Below are positions 11,601 to 25,199 of a DNA stretch of 64,000 bases, in pieces. The position numbers and the translations under genes are program-made. Source of the DNA: Podospora anserina (taxonomy: Eukaryota); NCBI GenBank assembly GCA_017654855.1, contig CM030335.1:930001-994000 (forward strand), read 5' to 3'. Position 1 is the first letter of the stretch. Every line of letters begins with the position of its first letter. The notes beneath the pieces are model-generated. The model was not told the DNA's origin. It saw only the letters and a list, made by a program, of their open reading frames with translations, and ran no database searches.

Positions 11601-12720
11601 GCACCCCGATCCAGGACAATATTCGCGGGGAGCTGGATACAATGAGGCTTGTTTTCCACGGATTTCCACTCCCTGACCTCGATACTAGGGAAGACCCGGA
11701 GTTCCTACCTGGCAAAGTCGATCTTAATTGTATAGTGTTGTTGAAAAAGGGCACACATATCTTCCTTTCGTGGTTCCTGTGCTATATAGGCTGCCCGTGG
11801 ATAAATTGCTGGAGAACAAGATCCCGGGCGTAATCGAAGTGTGTATTTCTATTTCGCACTTTGGAGACCACCTCCTGAAAACCTATGCTCTCGAGGTGGC
11901 ACAAGAGCTAGCGGATCGAATAGCGCCCTCATCACTAATTTTCAGCATCCATCTCCGTCAACTCACTATATCCTTGCTGCGTGGACAAACGGTGTCTTTT
12001 TCGTTATCTCCTCGGACGGGCCGAAAAGGGGATAGCCAACGCGTGGAGATGCTCCTATCCCACGCCCAACAATCCGTTGAACTCGGGCGTGTCTTGGAAG
12101 CTTGGAAGTTTGTTAGTTAGTGGACACCTTTCCACGTGGCCAGCCCTCGAGTCTTGAAAATGTCATGTCTTCCCGCCTCAATCATATGAAAGGCAAGCTT
12201 TATCGTTTCCAGGGTAATTTTGAAGCACCACACCAATACTTCGAACCCCTTTCCAGCCAGTACCCTCCACCCAGGGTTCGGTTCTCCTCGCGGCTGCATC
12301 TTATTGCGGTGTATGCTTAGCTTGGACTCTGGGAGAGGGCGCAAAGCGTGGCGGACAACACGAAGACGGAGATTGTGAGTGAGCGGCAGGGTCGGCTTCA
12401 CCGACTGGCGCAGGCCGAGCCTGTCCTGTCTCGAGCTCTCTGCGGGTTTGAGGGCGATCTTGCTTTGACCAAGGATCTTTTTGTAGGTGTTGTTAGTAAC
12501 TACGAGGGGCTGGTACCGTCTGGTAAGACGATGAGAGGGAATTTCTTTCGCGCATGCTTTGGTCTTGCCATTACCGGCTACATGCAGCGAAGGGGCCAGC
12601 CACCGAAGACGAGCGAGTATTGCGCGTGAAAAAGTAATCAACATGCAGAAGGGTGGGTTTATCCGTCGAGAAGACGGGTTCGCCGACAGAATAGTTCAAG
12701 CTCTTGGAGACACTGCAAGG
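11600..12720 (+). pseudogene. 5'-truncated relic of an alpha-helical/TPR-like protein
   Basis: Consecutive + ORFs 11642-11833, 11728-12120, 12120-12320 and 12348-12629 (LVFHGFP, ISISHFGD, GKLYRFQGNFE). They are linked by a ttag duplication frameshift at ~12113-12120 and an in-frame TAG at 12318. Confidence 0.45.
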
Positions 12721-12829
12721 TCCTTCAATTTTAGAAGTACAAACTATCCCACTTCATGTTTTAGACGTCTGGACCGAACAATGGAATCGGCCCCACAATG
12801 GAAGTTTTGGCACCACCATCACCACAGGG

Positions 12830-13189
12830 TGTGCCCAGCCAATCGTTAAGGGAACTAATAGGAAGTGGAGCGCCTGGGAGCGCCAGGAGCGTGGTGATCC
12901 AAGTGATCCTAAGGCGACGAGAGTGATCCATGGTAAGCCTACGCTGGAGGAAGTGATCCGGGATCACGCTTAGCATAGTAAACCAGGTAATCCACTAGTC
13001 TATATATACGGAGGAACTGGCTGGTGTAGATAGACAGTTCCGCAGTATGCAATTCACAATTGTATTCACGGTATCTTGTGTTTACATTGAGACATCTTGT
13101 TGTGCACTGTTTAGCTGCACCGAACCAATTGTCAGAAGTTACCTTCAACCCGTATCCCTTTCAGAGGTTCTGTACAGGGGTTCGTCACA
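12830..13189 (+). mobile_element. Solo LTR fragment of the same gypsy family as 37308-44789; 5' boundary uncertain
   Basis: 12998-13189 is the reverse complement of the conserved LTR half (ends ggggttcgtcaca). cccagccaatcgttaagg at ~12834 matches the neighbouring LTR. Confidence 0.8.
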
Positions 13190-13371
13190 TATAGGCTCGA
13201 ATAGCTATCGGCGCAGTACACTGAGAGCGAAGAAGACTTTGACTGCAGCATTCGACAGTTGCCGGGGCACTAAAAGAAGGTGGATTACAGGGACGGCGCC
13301 CTGTAATATATAGATCATAATCACTGTAATATAGGCTTGTAAGGCACTGATAAGTGTGGTGAACCAGTATA

Positions 13372-13821
13372 TGTGACGAACCCCTATCCAGAACCTCTGA
13401 AAGGGGTACCGGTTAAAGGCTCTTCTGAACAATCCTGGTTCGGTACAGCTAAACAGTGTACAACAAATGGCTTATCTCGATCACAATAGCTAAGATACCA
13501 CGATTGTGACTTGTAATTGCATACTGCGGAACTGTCTATCTACACTAGCCAGTTCCTCCGTATATATAGACCTTGGGAACGTGAGGTGCTCGCCCTGCTA
13601 CGGCCCCAATCACCCTTAGCATATTACATCCTGCAACATGCTCGTCGTGCTATGCCTCCGATCACCCTTAGCATCTTGCATCCTGCAGAGTGCTCGTGGA
13701 CCTTGGCGCCATAGCACTTTTGTCCAACCCTGATTGGCTGTTTCCTGACTTCCTTAATGATTGGCTGGGGACGTCCTGCGCCCCACATGTGGCGCGGCCT
13801 GCTGTTGGGTTAACTGTGACA
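13372..13821 (-). mobile_element. Solo LTR (450 bp), not visibly RIP-mutated
   Basis: TGTGACG...TGTGACA ends; the first ~200 bp align with the LTRs at 37308 and 44408. Confidence 0.88.
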
Positions 13822-14405
13822 CAGTACCAGTAGCTTTACTTCTGGTATTGCAAACTGTTTCTACCTTTTGGCGGTCGACCAAAACCTGAAATATGGAGAC
13901 TTTGCGTCTTCGACTCGCTCCTTCATTCTTCGCTGTTATTTACATCCCACTACGAGCGAACGATACCTGGTACAACTACGGATACAGCATGATGTTGGTA
14001 ATGTGTTTTCAGGAACCACTTTCTGTCATTTTGGCTGGAGCCGGGATCGTAGGTCTTACCTTGCCCAAGCGCTCAAGCGATAGAGTATTACTTTTACAGA
14101 ATAGCTAGCATATGTTGCGTGACCTATTTTCTGAAATGCCTCGCCACTTCAGGTCTTTCTACTTTATCTGGCACTTGACATTCCATCTCAGACCTACGAT
14201 TCAGGTGCTCAGGGGTAGTGGGCAAGGTGCCCACGTGACCTGGCGACTTGGAATTCCGTCTTTGAGGGGCGGGGCTGCTTTGTCGCGTCTAACGATTTAC
14301 GTCATTACTTCTACAAGTCTAACGACGAGCCATTGCACAATTAGCATCACAGCTACATCTTGCGACTTGCGCTAGCCCGATACCACATAAATCCTTCGAC
14401 TCACA

Positions 14406-15732
14406 ATGTGCGGCAGATATGCCATGGCCCTAGTAAGCCTCATCACCTATACCCACCCACCCCAACCCCTCCCCACCGGCCGGTGCGACCCCCTCCACTA
14501 ACCAATTCCTCAAGCGGCCCTCCCAAGTCCGCCAAATGCTCCAAAACGACTACGACCTCCAAGTCGATGACACCCCCGCCGACGAAGGCGACGGCGCCCC
14601 CCGCCAATCTTACAACTTTGCCCCAGGCTACAACGGGGTAGTCTACCGCGCCGACGCCGGTGCTGGTCATAATCATCACCAGGCACTGGATGAACCACAA
14701 GAACAAGACTACTCCCCCACCCCAGCCTTCAAACTCCAATCCATGAAATGGGGCCTCATCCCCTCCTGGATCAAATCCAGCCCCTCTTTTCCCTCCACCC
14801 TCAAAACAATAAACTGCCGCGATGACTCTCTCGCCCAGTCAGGGGGTATGTGGGCGAGCATGAAGTCCAAAAAGAGGTGCGCGGTTATTGCGCAGGGGTT
14901 TTACGAGTGGCTTCAGAAAGGCAAGGAAAAGATTCCGCATTATGTCAAGAGGAAAGATGGGAGGTTGATGCTTTTGGCTGGCTTGTGGGATTGTGCTTCT
15001 CTCCCGCCGTTGAATGGAGAGGGGGAGGGGGAGACAAGGAAGGTGTGGAGTTATACTATTATCACCACTTCGTCGAATGATCAGTTGAGGTTCTTGCATG
15101 ACAGGATGCCTGTTATTCTTGACGCGGAGTCGGAGAGGTTGAGGGTTTGGTTGGATTTGGGGAGGAGGGAGTGGAGTAAGGAGTTGCAGGGGGTGTTGAG
15201 GCCGTATGAGGGGGAGCTGGAGGTTTATCCTGTTAGTAAGGAGGTGGGCAAGGTTGGGAATGACGATGCTGTTTTTGTAGTGCCGGTGGGGAGTAGGGAG
15301 AATAAGGGGAATATTGAGAATTTCTTTGCGAATGCTGCGGCGAAGAGTAAGAAGAGGGAGCCGTTGAAAGGGGAGGTGGAGGTGGAGATGGTGGATGGGG
15401 GGAAAGAGGTGAAGAGTGTGGAGGAGGTGAAGAGGGAGGATGAGGAGGGGATGGGGGTTGTAGTGACAGAGGGAAAGCAAGGGGTGAAAAGAGAAACGGA
15501 GGATCATGCGGAAGAGGAGCCACCGGGTAAGAAAGTGAAAGAGGAGGGTTCACCAAGCAAGAATGTCAAAGAAGAGGGGCCGGTGAAGTGGGAATCGCCT
15601 GTCAAAGAGAGACCAAAGATCAGTGCGACGAGTAACAAGCACACGAGGAGCCCAGAGAAGAAGAAGGGCAAGGTTGCGCCAGCGGGGGCAGGAAGTCAGA
15701 AGATTACAAAGTTCTTTGGGAATAGTGCCTAG
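14406..15732 (+). CDS. SRAP/HMCES (DUF159) abasic-site processing protein
   Basis: Exon 1 MCGRYAMAL (catalytic Cys2), intron 14433-14514, then MKWGLIP, INCRDDS, GFYEW, HDRMPVIL and a PIP-like C-terminal QKITKFF. Confidence 0.93.
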
Positions 15733-16163
15733 AGGTTTGGGCCGTATTCAGAATCAGGGTTGACCAACAAGCTGAGCCTCTGCTTCTTGCAGTCAGAGAA
15801 TCAGCCCGCGCATTCTGATATAACAGGCACGTTCGTTCAAGTCTAGCATCTATGGTACTCTTTTGATTGCGACTCGTGTATAGAACTCAACGCTGATGAG
15901 GTAGCCACTTCACGAAATGCCGCCTCCCAGCCCGAAGCAGTAGGGACCGGCGAAGTGGAGACTCAGCGCCGATCCTTCGGCGGAACTGGGGGCAAGGCGG
16001 ACCGGCCAGCCCGGGACGGGAACAACCAGGCCGCCCTCAGGAGTAAGCTTGAAACAAAGTCAATGCATGTTTCCTTGAAAAAATCATCATTCAAAATGCC
16101 TCATGTCGTGTCGCTGCCTGTAGTGGGACTATGTACATATCCATCATTTGACCTATGCCGCGC

Positions 16164-17003
16164 TTAGCAGGTGAACACCTTGGGTCCTGGGACGGTGTAG
16201 GACTGGAGGTTGTTGTAGATCTGCCCTCAAAGTCAGCATCCGGTTTTCTGTCAATACCAACACCGAGACTTACGTTGGCTGTGTATCCGGGGTCGGTAGC
16301 CTTGAAAGCGCCAGGGATCTTGACCGTGGGACTGGGGCTGGAGTTTCCACCACCGGAAACGTTGATTTGCGCGCAGCTGATATAGAATTGGGGGGTTGAG
16401 CCTGGATTGTGTATGGCGAGGGATTGGATGCGGAGGAGGTACTCTCCGTTGGGGATGCACCTGGGCAGGTTGGCTTGGTAGGATGCTGTGAAGATGGGAT
16501 GTTAGCATGCTGATGAGCTAAGGTAATATGAAAACCAACACGACGTACATCTCATTGGCCAGGATGATTGGCCGCCGTTGATGGTCGGGCCCCAATCGTA
16601 GATCTTGAACCATTCACCGGATCCGTCGTAGTCTTTAACTGAGCCAGGCGCCTTCGACATGTAGCTGAAAGAAGGTTAGCTGTTATATCCAGTCCGAAGA
16701 TGACGGCATTTCATACAGAGAAATAGGTCCTTGGTGGTACACAGCTTGATCGGTGTAAAAGGTCACCGAGTCTCCAGCCTTAACATTGACAACACTGGTG
16801 CTAGCACCTGAGGCTCCTCCGACATTGCAACGGAGGTTGTTGTCTGACAAGCTGGTCACTGGCGAGTTGTGGTTGTTGTTCTTGCGAATGTGTTCGAAGA
16901 CGCCGAACTTTGTTGAGCCAACACCGAACTGTTGGAAGATGTAGTGGGCTGAGACATCAGCAACACCCAGCGTAAGGGCAGTAACAATGGGGAAGACCTT
17001 CAT
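16164..17003 (-). CDS. AA9 lytic polysaccharide monooxygenase (no CBM)
   Basis: Signal peptide followed by His1 (SA|HYIFQQ); [33 protein letters not shown]; two introns. Confidence 0.95.
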
Positions 17004-19350
17004 GTTGATGGTATCAAAGATGAACTAGAGAAATTTCAACCAAAATGCTAGGTGTTTGGTCTTGAGATCCTTAACTAGCTGATTAGGACACAGCTTTGCC
17101 AGTATACCAGTATATAAAGAAGAACAAGACGGCCATTTCAACCACTGCGGATAACGTTGGGCCGCAAATGCCGGGTTGAAAGGATCAGAGAGTGTATATG
17201 AAACGGCCCGTCTGTGGCCATGATGGGAGTCTTTAGCTGTCCATGCCATCGCGATGAGCCAGTCAAAGCTGCAGACGAAGTTAGCAATCCAGGAAAACTA
17301 CGTCGAGGATGGGTGACAAATGAGGTTGTGTGTGCCCCAGATTGTCTGTCGAATGAGAAGCTGGCTGGCCAATATCAACCCGCACGTTTTGATGGAGACC
17401 ATTGATGCCGTGCTCTGACACTCTTGTCTGCAACCTGAGTGCCGAACACTGGCTGAGATAGAGCTCTAACAGATGAGAGCTATCGATCTGACTTGGCTAC
17501 CCATCGAATGAGAAACTCATCACTCCTAACTGAAATCATGAACCTCTGTCTACGAACTGAAAAACACTTGCAGCCGACGAATATTTGCTTGCACATCTGC
17601 AGATATAGCGATCTGGTGCCCTTGAAGCTGGAGCAAAAATGGCGGAGACAAGCATCCGGTCTAAAACAGGCAGAGAGGTGGTTCCTTCCCCAGACTCGAG
17701 ACTGCACTGAGGTCACGGGACATGCGCAGGCAGAACAAGCAATGCAGAGAATGCAATCCGGCAGTCAGGTCACGGGAGCTAGCTTGACAGTTGCACGGCA
17801 GTTGAAGGGTGCCTGTCTGCCTTGCTGCTACCCCTCCACCCCCTTCCACATGCTGTTGATGGGCACCAAACAGGGCCCAAGATCTTGGGTTCTTGGTCGG
17901 CCCTTTATCACAGATAAATATATGCCTTTGTGCGCCCTGGCGTTCTGTTTTTGCAGTTTTCTGTTCCTTCTTGCATATTTTCCCTCACGAACACGACTCT
18001 CACCGTTGCCAAAAACCGAGGACATCGACCCTCCGCATATCGATCGATCGAAGCGAACGTATAAAGCAGCCGCCATCAGCCGCCTCGTTTATTATCCCCA
18101 GAAACGCCCATCGCATGCTCTCCCCACAGTTCGACCGACAGACCTCCCCAAACAGGGGCGGCCTCGTGAGCAATCGCCACGGTCTCAATCCTAGGGCTGG
18201 CCCGACGGACCGCGAGATCTACTATACGCAAGTTGATTGGGTATAGCCTGATTGAAGAGCAAAATGGGTCGCCAGCATCCGTTAACGACTACAGCGCCAG
18301 TAGACGCTGGTGGCTGACTGACAGGACTTTATCCAAAGTGGGGGAGATTACAACCTTGAGCACCACTACGGAATTTTTTCTGGAACCGGCCAACCCCGAG
18401 CCAAGGACTTCCCAAGGACCCTCTACCGCGCCGCTCTGGAGCCGCTGGAAATTCCCCGTTGTTGCCGCTCTCTTTGCCGCAACGCCGTTGAGATTCACCT
18501 TCGTGGAAACACCCGGATTTGGCCTCTTCGAATCAATTCCAACTTCATTCAGACCGACCGAATCAGCCACGCCAGGAAAGAGGGGTTGGTGATTTCTTCA
18601 CTGACTCGGCTGTCCGCCAACCAGTATTCTATGTTGCATTCAGTCGGCGCACCGATTGTGGGCACCCCATAATGCACCGTGATCTTTGTGATCTGCAGCC
18701 CAATGCTGCTGTTTTGTTCCGAGGCACCTGAGATTGGAGCGCAAACGCGTCCCCTGAGAATGGAGACAGACAACGTCAGCGACTATGCAGGCAAGATTAC
18801 CGGTTCATACATTAATGCTTGGCCATGAGTCGAAACGTCCCGCGTCGGCGTCTGCTTCCGTTCGGTGCCTTGCCTCCCCTGAACTCCCCTGCCTCCGCGT
18901 GCCATGCCGCCTCCTCGCCAAACTCATCAGCTTCTTCCGCCCTGGGGAAATCTTGGGGAAACCCCACCGCGCGGCTCCTTCTCCAATCTATCTGCTCCCT
19001 TCATATCAAGCATGGCTTTGCCAACGCCGCAGATCCCATATTCTCCTGGCGGAGGCTATACTCTGGTCATGCAGCCCAATTTATTTCCCTACATCTCCTC
19101 CAAGTCATCGGCTCTGATTCTGCCGCGGATCCATCCTATCGGTGACATTCCATTTGTTTTCCCCGGACTGCGCTTCCGTGATTCGATCCTGGGAATGCGG
19201 AGTCAGGCACAGTCAGCTTACGCTCGCGATGTGGTTATATCCATGGCCGCTCCCCGCCTGAGACGTTTGTATCTGGAGGCTGGCTTGTCTTCTTTGGCCC
19301 AGCGCTGAATCCAGAATCGTCCTGTGCTTTGGCTGTTCTGGAAAGTGACA

Positions 19351-22088
19351 ATGAAGCTTCTCAGCCGTGTTGGCGCGACTGCCCTCGCGGCGTCGCTTTG
19401 TAGGTGCTCCTAATAAGTTTTGTGATGGAAATCCGGCTGATAATCGACAGACCTGCAGCATGGCATCGCGCAAATGGCTGATGGTACCTACACTGATCAA
19501 ACGTCCGGCATCAAATTCAAGACGTGGACTCAAGGCACCGAGGCTACCGAAGCCTCTCCATTCACCTTCGGTCTGGCTCTCCCAGGTGATGCTTTGACCA
19601 AAAACGCCAACGAGTACCTTGGTATCCTCGTATGTGGATCATCTACCCTCACTTCTTCTTGTGCTGACAGAGAATAGCGCTGCAAAATCGAAGATGCCGC
19701 TGCTCCCGGCTGGTGCGGTCTTTCCCACGGCCAGGCCGGTCAGATGACCAACGCCCTGCTCCTCGTTGCCTGGGCCTCTGAGGGAACTGTCTACACTTCT
19801 TTCCGCTGGGCCACCGGCTACACCTTACCTGGCCTCTACACCGGCGATGCAAAGCTGACCCAAGTTTCTTCGAACGTCACCGACACCCACTTCGAGCTGA
19901 TCTACCGTTGCCAGAACTGCTTCTCCTGGAACCAAGACGGCACCAGCGGCAGCGTCGAGACAACACAGGGATTCCTCGTTTTGGGTCACGCGGCTGGCAG
20001 CTCTGGTCTGGAGAACCCAACCTGCCCTGACCGCGCCACGTTTGGCTTCCACGATGCTGGCTTTGGTCAGTGGGGTGCTCCCTTGGAGGGTGCCACTTCC
20101 GAGTCGTACGCCGAGTGGGCTCAGCTTGCTACGACTACTCCTGAGACTGACTGTGAGGGGTAAGTAGCGGTACTATCAGTTCGGGAAGGTGTGATGCTGA
20201 CGATCTTCTAGTACTGGTCCTGGTGATGCTGAGTGCACTCCTGCTCCCGAAAAGGTCTATGACTACATCGTTGTTGGTGGCGGTGCCGGCGGTATCCCCG
20301 TTGCCGACAAGCTCAGCGCCGCCGGCCACAGCGTCTTGCTCATCGAAAAGGGACCTCCTTCCTCCGGTCGCTGGGGTGGCACCATGAAGCCCAAGTGGCT
20401 CGAGGGAACCAATCTCACTCGCTTCGATGTCCCCGGCCTCTGCAATCAGATCTGGGTCGACAGCGCCGGCATTGCCTGTACTGATACTGACCAGATGGCT
20501 GGTTGTGTTCTGGGCGGCGGTACTGCTGTCAACGCTGGTCTCTGGTGGAAGGTAATTTCAAACTCCAAGCCCCATCCTGCAGAACGCTTGCTTACACATA
20601 AATCAGCCCCCCGCGTCTGACTGGGACTACAACTTCCCCGCTGGCTGGAAGTCCAAAGATGTTGAAGCTGCCGCCAACCGTGTCTTCGACCGGATTCCTG
20701 GTACCTTCAAGCCATCTGCTGATGGTGTCCTCTATCGCCGTGAAGGCTTCGATGTTCTTTCCAGTGGCCTGAGGAAGTCGGGCTACAAGGAGGTTGTTGC
20801 CAATCAGTCGCCCAACGAGAAGAACGGCGCGTTTGCGCACACCCACTTCATGTTCCGATACGGTGAGAGAGATGGCCCGCTTGCCACATACCTTGTTTCA
20901 GCCAACAACCGTGACAACTTTGACCTCTGGACTGGCAGTGCTGTGCGCAGGGCTATCAGAACAGGTGGCAAGGTTACCGGTGTTGAACTCGAATGCTTGA
21001 GGGACGGTGGCTACAGCGGTGAAGTCAAGATTAGCGCCAAGGGTGGTGTCATCTTCTCTGCTGGTACTTTTGGCTCTGCCAAGCTTCTCATGCGCAGTAA
21101 GTCCTTCTTGTGGGCTTTCTCAAGCACCGAAAGCTAACACACAATGACAGGCGGTATCGGTCCCCGTGACCAGCTCGAGATCGTTGCCGGCTCCAAGGAC
21201 GGCGAGACCTTCATCTCTCGGGATCAGTGGATCGACCTCCCGGTCGGCTCCAACCTGATTGACCATCTCAACACCGATCTTATCTTGACTCACCCCGACG
21301 TCGTCTTCTATGACTTTTACGAGGCCTGGACTGCCCCCAATGAGGGTGACAAGGAGCGTTATCTCAACAACCGCACTGGTATCTTGACCCAGGCTGCCCC
21401 CAACATCGGACCCATGGTCTGGGAAGAGGTTACTCCTTCTGACGGCATCCCCCGTCAATTCCAATGGACAGCCCGTGTTGAGGGAGATGGTCGCATCACT
21501 GACTCCCCACGTATGTTAGCCCTTCTACAATGTGTAACACCCATAAGCTAACAGATTAGATGCCATGACTCTCAGCCAGTACCTCGGAAGAGGTGTCGTT
21601 TCCAGAGGCCGGATGACCATCACCCCTGGTCTCGCCACCGCTGTTTCCGAGCACCCCTATCTCCACAACGCTGGTGACAAGGAGGCCGTTATTGCTGGTA
21701 TCAAGAAGCTTCAAGCCGCCCTCAACGTGATCCCCAACATCACTTGGGTCCTTCCCCCTCCCACCGGAACTGTTGAGGACTATGTCAATGGCGTAAGTCT
21801 TTTCCTCATTTACGCGCCATGAACAATGGCTAACATTGTCGATAGCTCCCTGTCTCCCCATCCGCCCGCCGCTCCAACCACTGGATGGGTACTGCCAAGC
21901 TTGGCACTGATGATGGTCGTGAGGGTGGTACTGCCGTAGTTGACTTGGACACCAAGGTCTATGGCACTGACAACCTCTTTGTGGTTGACGCCTCCATCTT
22001 CCCTGGTATGTCGACGGGTAACCCGTCTGGCATGATTGTCATCGCGGCTGAGAAGGCTGCTGAGAGGATCTTGGCGCTCAAGGCTTAA
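19351..22088 (+). CDS. cdh: Cellobiose dehydrogenase (AA8 cytochrome + AA3_1 flavin domain), no CBM1
   Basis: Signal peptide; cytochrome domain (GQMTNALLLVAW, YRCQNC, FHDAGFG); YDYIVVGGGAGG; MAGCVLGGGTAVNAGLWW; NHWMGTAKLG. Multiple GT-AG introns; ends ILALKA*. Confidence 0.95.
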
Positions 22089-23219
22089 GTGGGAGTCTAA
22101 ATGGAATGTATAAATAATAAGGTGTAGGTGGTAGGAAAGTAGCAAAAATTGTACATGAGCTCAATTAGTACATGATGTTGAATGGGACGTAAGAAAGTGG
22201 GTTACTGTACGGATAGAATATCGTGTAGAGCCGAAAAGGTGTATTGATACTAAGTCGGGGCAGACAGGATATGCTGAACAATGTCTTTATGCGACTTGAT
22301 TGTGGAGATACCTAAGACATACAATGAGGAGGGTGATGACTGGATGTAGGTATACAAGTATGAAGCCCCTGAATACCCGCGGGACATACCTGTCTGACCT
22401 CGGTGCAATGACCCTAGGTAGGAATCGATACGGTTGATGGTTAAGAACTGGCTGGATTAATGAGTTTTTATCAGTTGAACTTGCCTGTGACACCATGGTT
22501 GTAGCGAGTAATATCAATGTCACCGTTCCTCTTCCTTTTTGGCCTACCCACAATACTGTCTCACTCTACTATTACTCGACAACACCATTATCAACGACTA
22601 TAGCGATGTCACACGCGTTGATGCTCAGAACCGCTACCGTGCTGCTTTGTCTGGCGGTAGGCTTTCTCTAATGAGCGTGGCCCAGAAACAGCACTTTTCC
22701 CAACATTTATACTTAAACATCTCAATACCGCGGTTTCTTAGATAATTGCAAAGGATCTTGTTAAGGTAGATATACATATAGCTATATTAGATCTGAATTT
22801 TGTCAGCTCCGGAGCCGCGCATCATTTGTATCTGAATTACGTGGATGCCAAAAAGCGTGGCTCAAGGTGCCCAACGGTGCCTAACCTCGTAGAGGTTTTC
22901 TGTGACACCCACAACGCACAACATCATCATTATTCACGCGTCTGCTACGGAGTGTAGATTTCTATATCACAAAGGCCTTGGGAAAAGAGCATAATAATAT
23001 CTTTTGAATTTCCAAGACTACTTTTGGCTCGGAAGCTCCAACTAATCTCCCAGATTTCCACCTTCAATATTCATTCACTTACAGCCCCTGGCGCATCCAA
23101 CATCCGTCTCTTGGATGGTCGAGATGCAACATCTGACCCTTTCTCTTTGTTATCTGCGCGCTTCTCAGTACGTTCATCCCTGTTCCTGTTCTTTGATATG
23201 GGGCAACGGTCAACAGCAC

Positions 23220-24010
23220 CGTAATAATACTTGCCCCCCGGGTTTTCTTTTGCTTCCAACGCCAATACCATCCATCCCAAGAAGGCAAGCCTGACTTGAT
23301 CATGCCCATCAAAACTCAATCAACGTTCCATGGAGAAAGTATGACTCTTTGTCGGACTAAGCCAATAAGGCGTGCTTGTCATCAGCCAGATTTGAAAAAC
23401 GATGTGATGAACAACCGGCGTTTTAAGTACGCCGTAAAGTGAGCGGCGAGTTTTACGAGGCTCTTCTCCAAGTCAAATTTTGAATGGAGATATTCCCCAG
23501 CGCGACGATCATTCATAGTACTGGCCTTTGCCTCCTCGAGCTCATCCTTTGATAGGTCTCAAAACACTGCTGTTCTAAACTCTTCGGCCCTGATTACCCC
23601 TCGTTTTTCAAACTCAATGAAACCAATGAGCTCCATGGCATCGAGGTTATCCGTGTCATACCTAATGACCTTGTCAGGCTTAGATGCGCAATCAGGTATG
23701 CGCTCAGGGGCGTCACTAGGTTCGTTCGCCGGAGGAGTTTCTGGTTTGCTTGCGGGAGCGAAAAACTCGGAGATCGTACCAAAACTCGGCTTTCCCTTGA
23801 CCTCGCGAGCGCGGTAGAGTGCGTAGCAGACAGGTTGTAAGATCTGTCCGTCCCACCAAGCGACCACATCGGCCTCGCTATGCAAGGCGGCCGTTGGATT
23901 ATTTGGAGACATTCCGACTGTCTTGAGATGGTCTTTATGCGGCTGAATGACCTTGAGGCCTATGTCAACTAGGAAGCTGGGTGGGACCTCGATCCATCCA
24001 ACTGCAGGCT
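23220..24010 (-). pseudogene. Degenerate hypothetical protein gene
   Basis: Protein-like segments LHSEADVVAWW, PDKVIRY...IGFIEFEKRGVI and RLAFLGWM separated by stops and frameshifts. Confidence 0.35.
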
Positions 24011-25199
24011 TTCCTCTAGCTGGGGGATCGCTCGGTTTGCGAATCTTTTTGCTTGTTAGAGGTAGAGGCTTGTGGAAGTGGCTTTACTGGTGATGGAAGG
24101 GCATCCCACACGTTGCTGGGGAGCAACGTACGGGTTTGACGGTGCGTGTACCATGACTGTTGTTTGGCCCTCTATTGTGCAACACAGAAAGTCTGACAGG
24201 GAGAATGCACTGCAGGCGAATAAACGGAAGAGACAAAATGGAAGATTGAAAAGCTTTTGCAGGAATCTGTGTGGGTGCCATCATGGCTCCTGCCGGTTCT
24301 GCTAATTAAGCCCGTCACTCTTTCTCAATTCCGCCTCTCAAACTGCCCTCGCCTCGAGGTTTTTACCGTCCTAGTAGGAGGGGAAGGGGAAGGTGGTTAG
24401 GAAACCGGAGCGGCAGGAGTGGGATGGGAAGGTGGAGGATAGGTTGATAAAGCGGGTTGGTGGGGTTTGGATGAGCAGAGGACCTCGTCTACAGGATTCG
24501 GGGGTTTGCCCGGTTGGGTGTACTAGCCTTTAAGAAGGGTACATTTACTTTTTATGAGGTGACAACGCCTTGGTATTGTCTGAAGTCAAAAGCTAATTAG
24601 TAATAATCACTTAGGTTATGTAGATCTTGAGGAGACCAGACGCTGTGGAAGTAGAGTTTACGTCGGCGACCGGCTGGGAAGTAGATATAAATGCGGTAGA
24701 ATAAGATGTTATAGTACCTTCGCTAGCCCTACATTAGGGGGGGATAGCAAAAGAAGTGTACTTAGAAATACTGACACCCCCAATAAACTGTCCCATAAAC
24801 ATCACAAGATAATGGGGATAAGATTGTAAATGAGTTTATCTAGAGGGCCCTATGCGTTGCTTGTTAATGGGAGAGATTTACAAAGACAGCGTTATAAAAA
24901 TAAAGTTAAAGAGATGTATTATCTATCTAGATCACCATCGGTTATAGCATAAAAGCCCATCAAGCCTCTCCTTCTTGCTCCTCTGGGAGCTTAGGCAGTT
25001 CGCTCCTCTGCTCACGAAGCGCAAGTGTAGAGCTTTGTGACCCTAAACTCGAGATGCTTGTGTTTGTTTCGCCGGAGGAATGTAGAAAACACTATCTACC
25101 GTTATTGTTGTGGATTATGAGGTAGTGCTTTCGTCAGAGCCGCGCTGTTGTTGATAGTGTGACGGATGCTTTCCGGCTCCTTTTCAACATCTTACGCAT

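Noticed and set aside
11760-12120. PKS DH continuing on the minus strand (FNGLLG, IYPRAAY)
   Set aside because: Weak matches; the + strand frame is longer and more protein-like.
12939-13714. Two short ORFs sharing HTAELSIYTSQFLRIYR
   Set aside because: Translations of the conserved halves of the inverted LTRs.
1-13900. Starship giant element carrying the accessory genes
   Set aside because: No tyrosine-recombinase captain gene or element boundary is recognisable in the window.
17493-18194. 233-aa ORF between LPMO and CDH
   Set aside because: No motifs, TTG start, promoter context.
24530-24960. AT-shifted patch, possible transposon relic
   Set aside because: No TIR pair, TSD or coding remnant could be identified.
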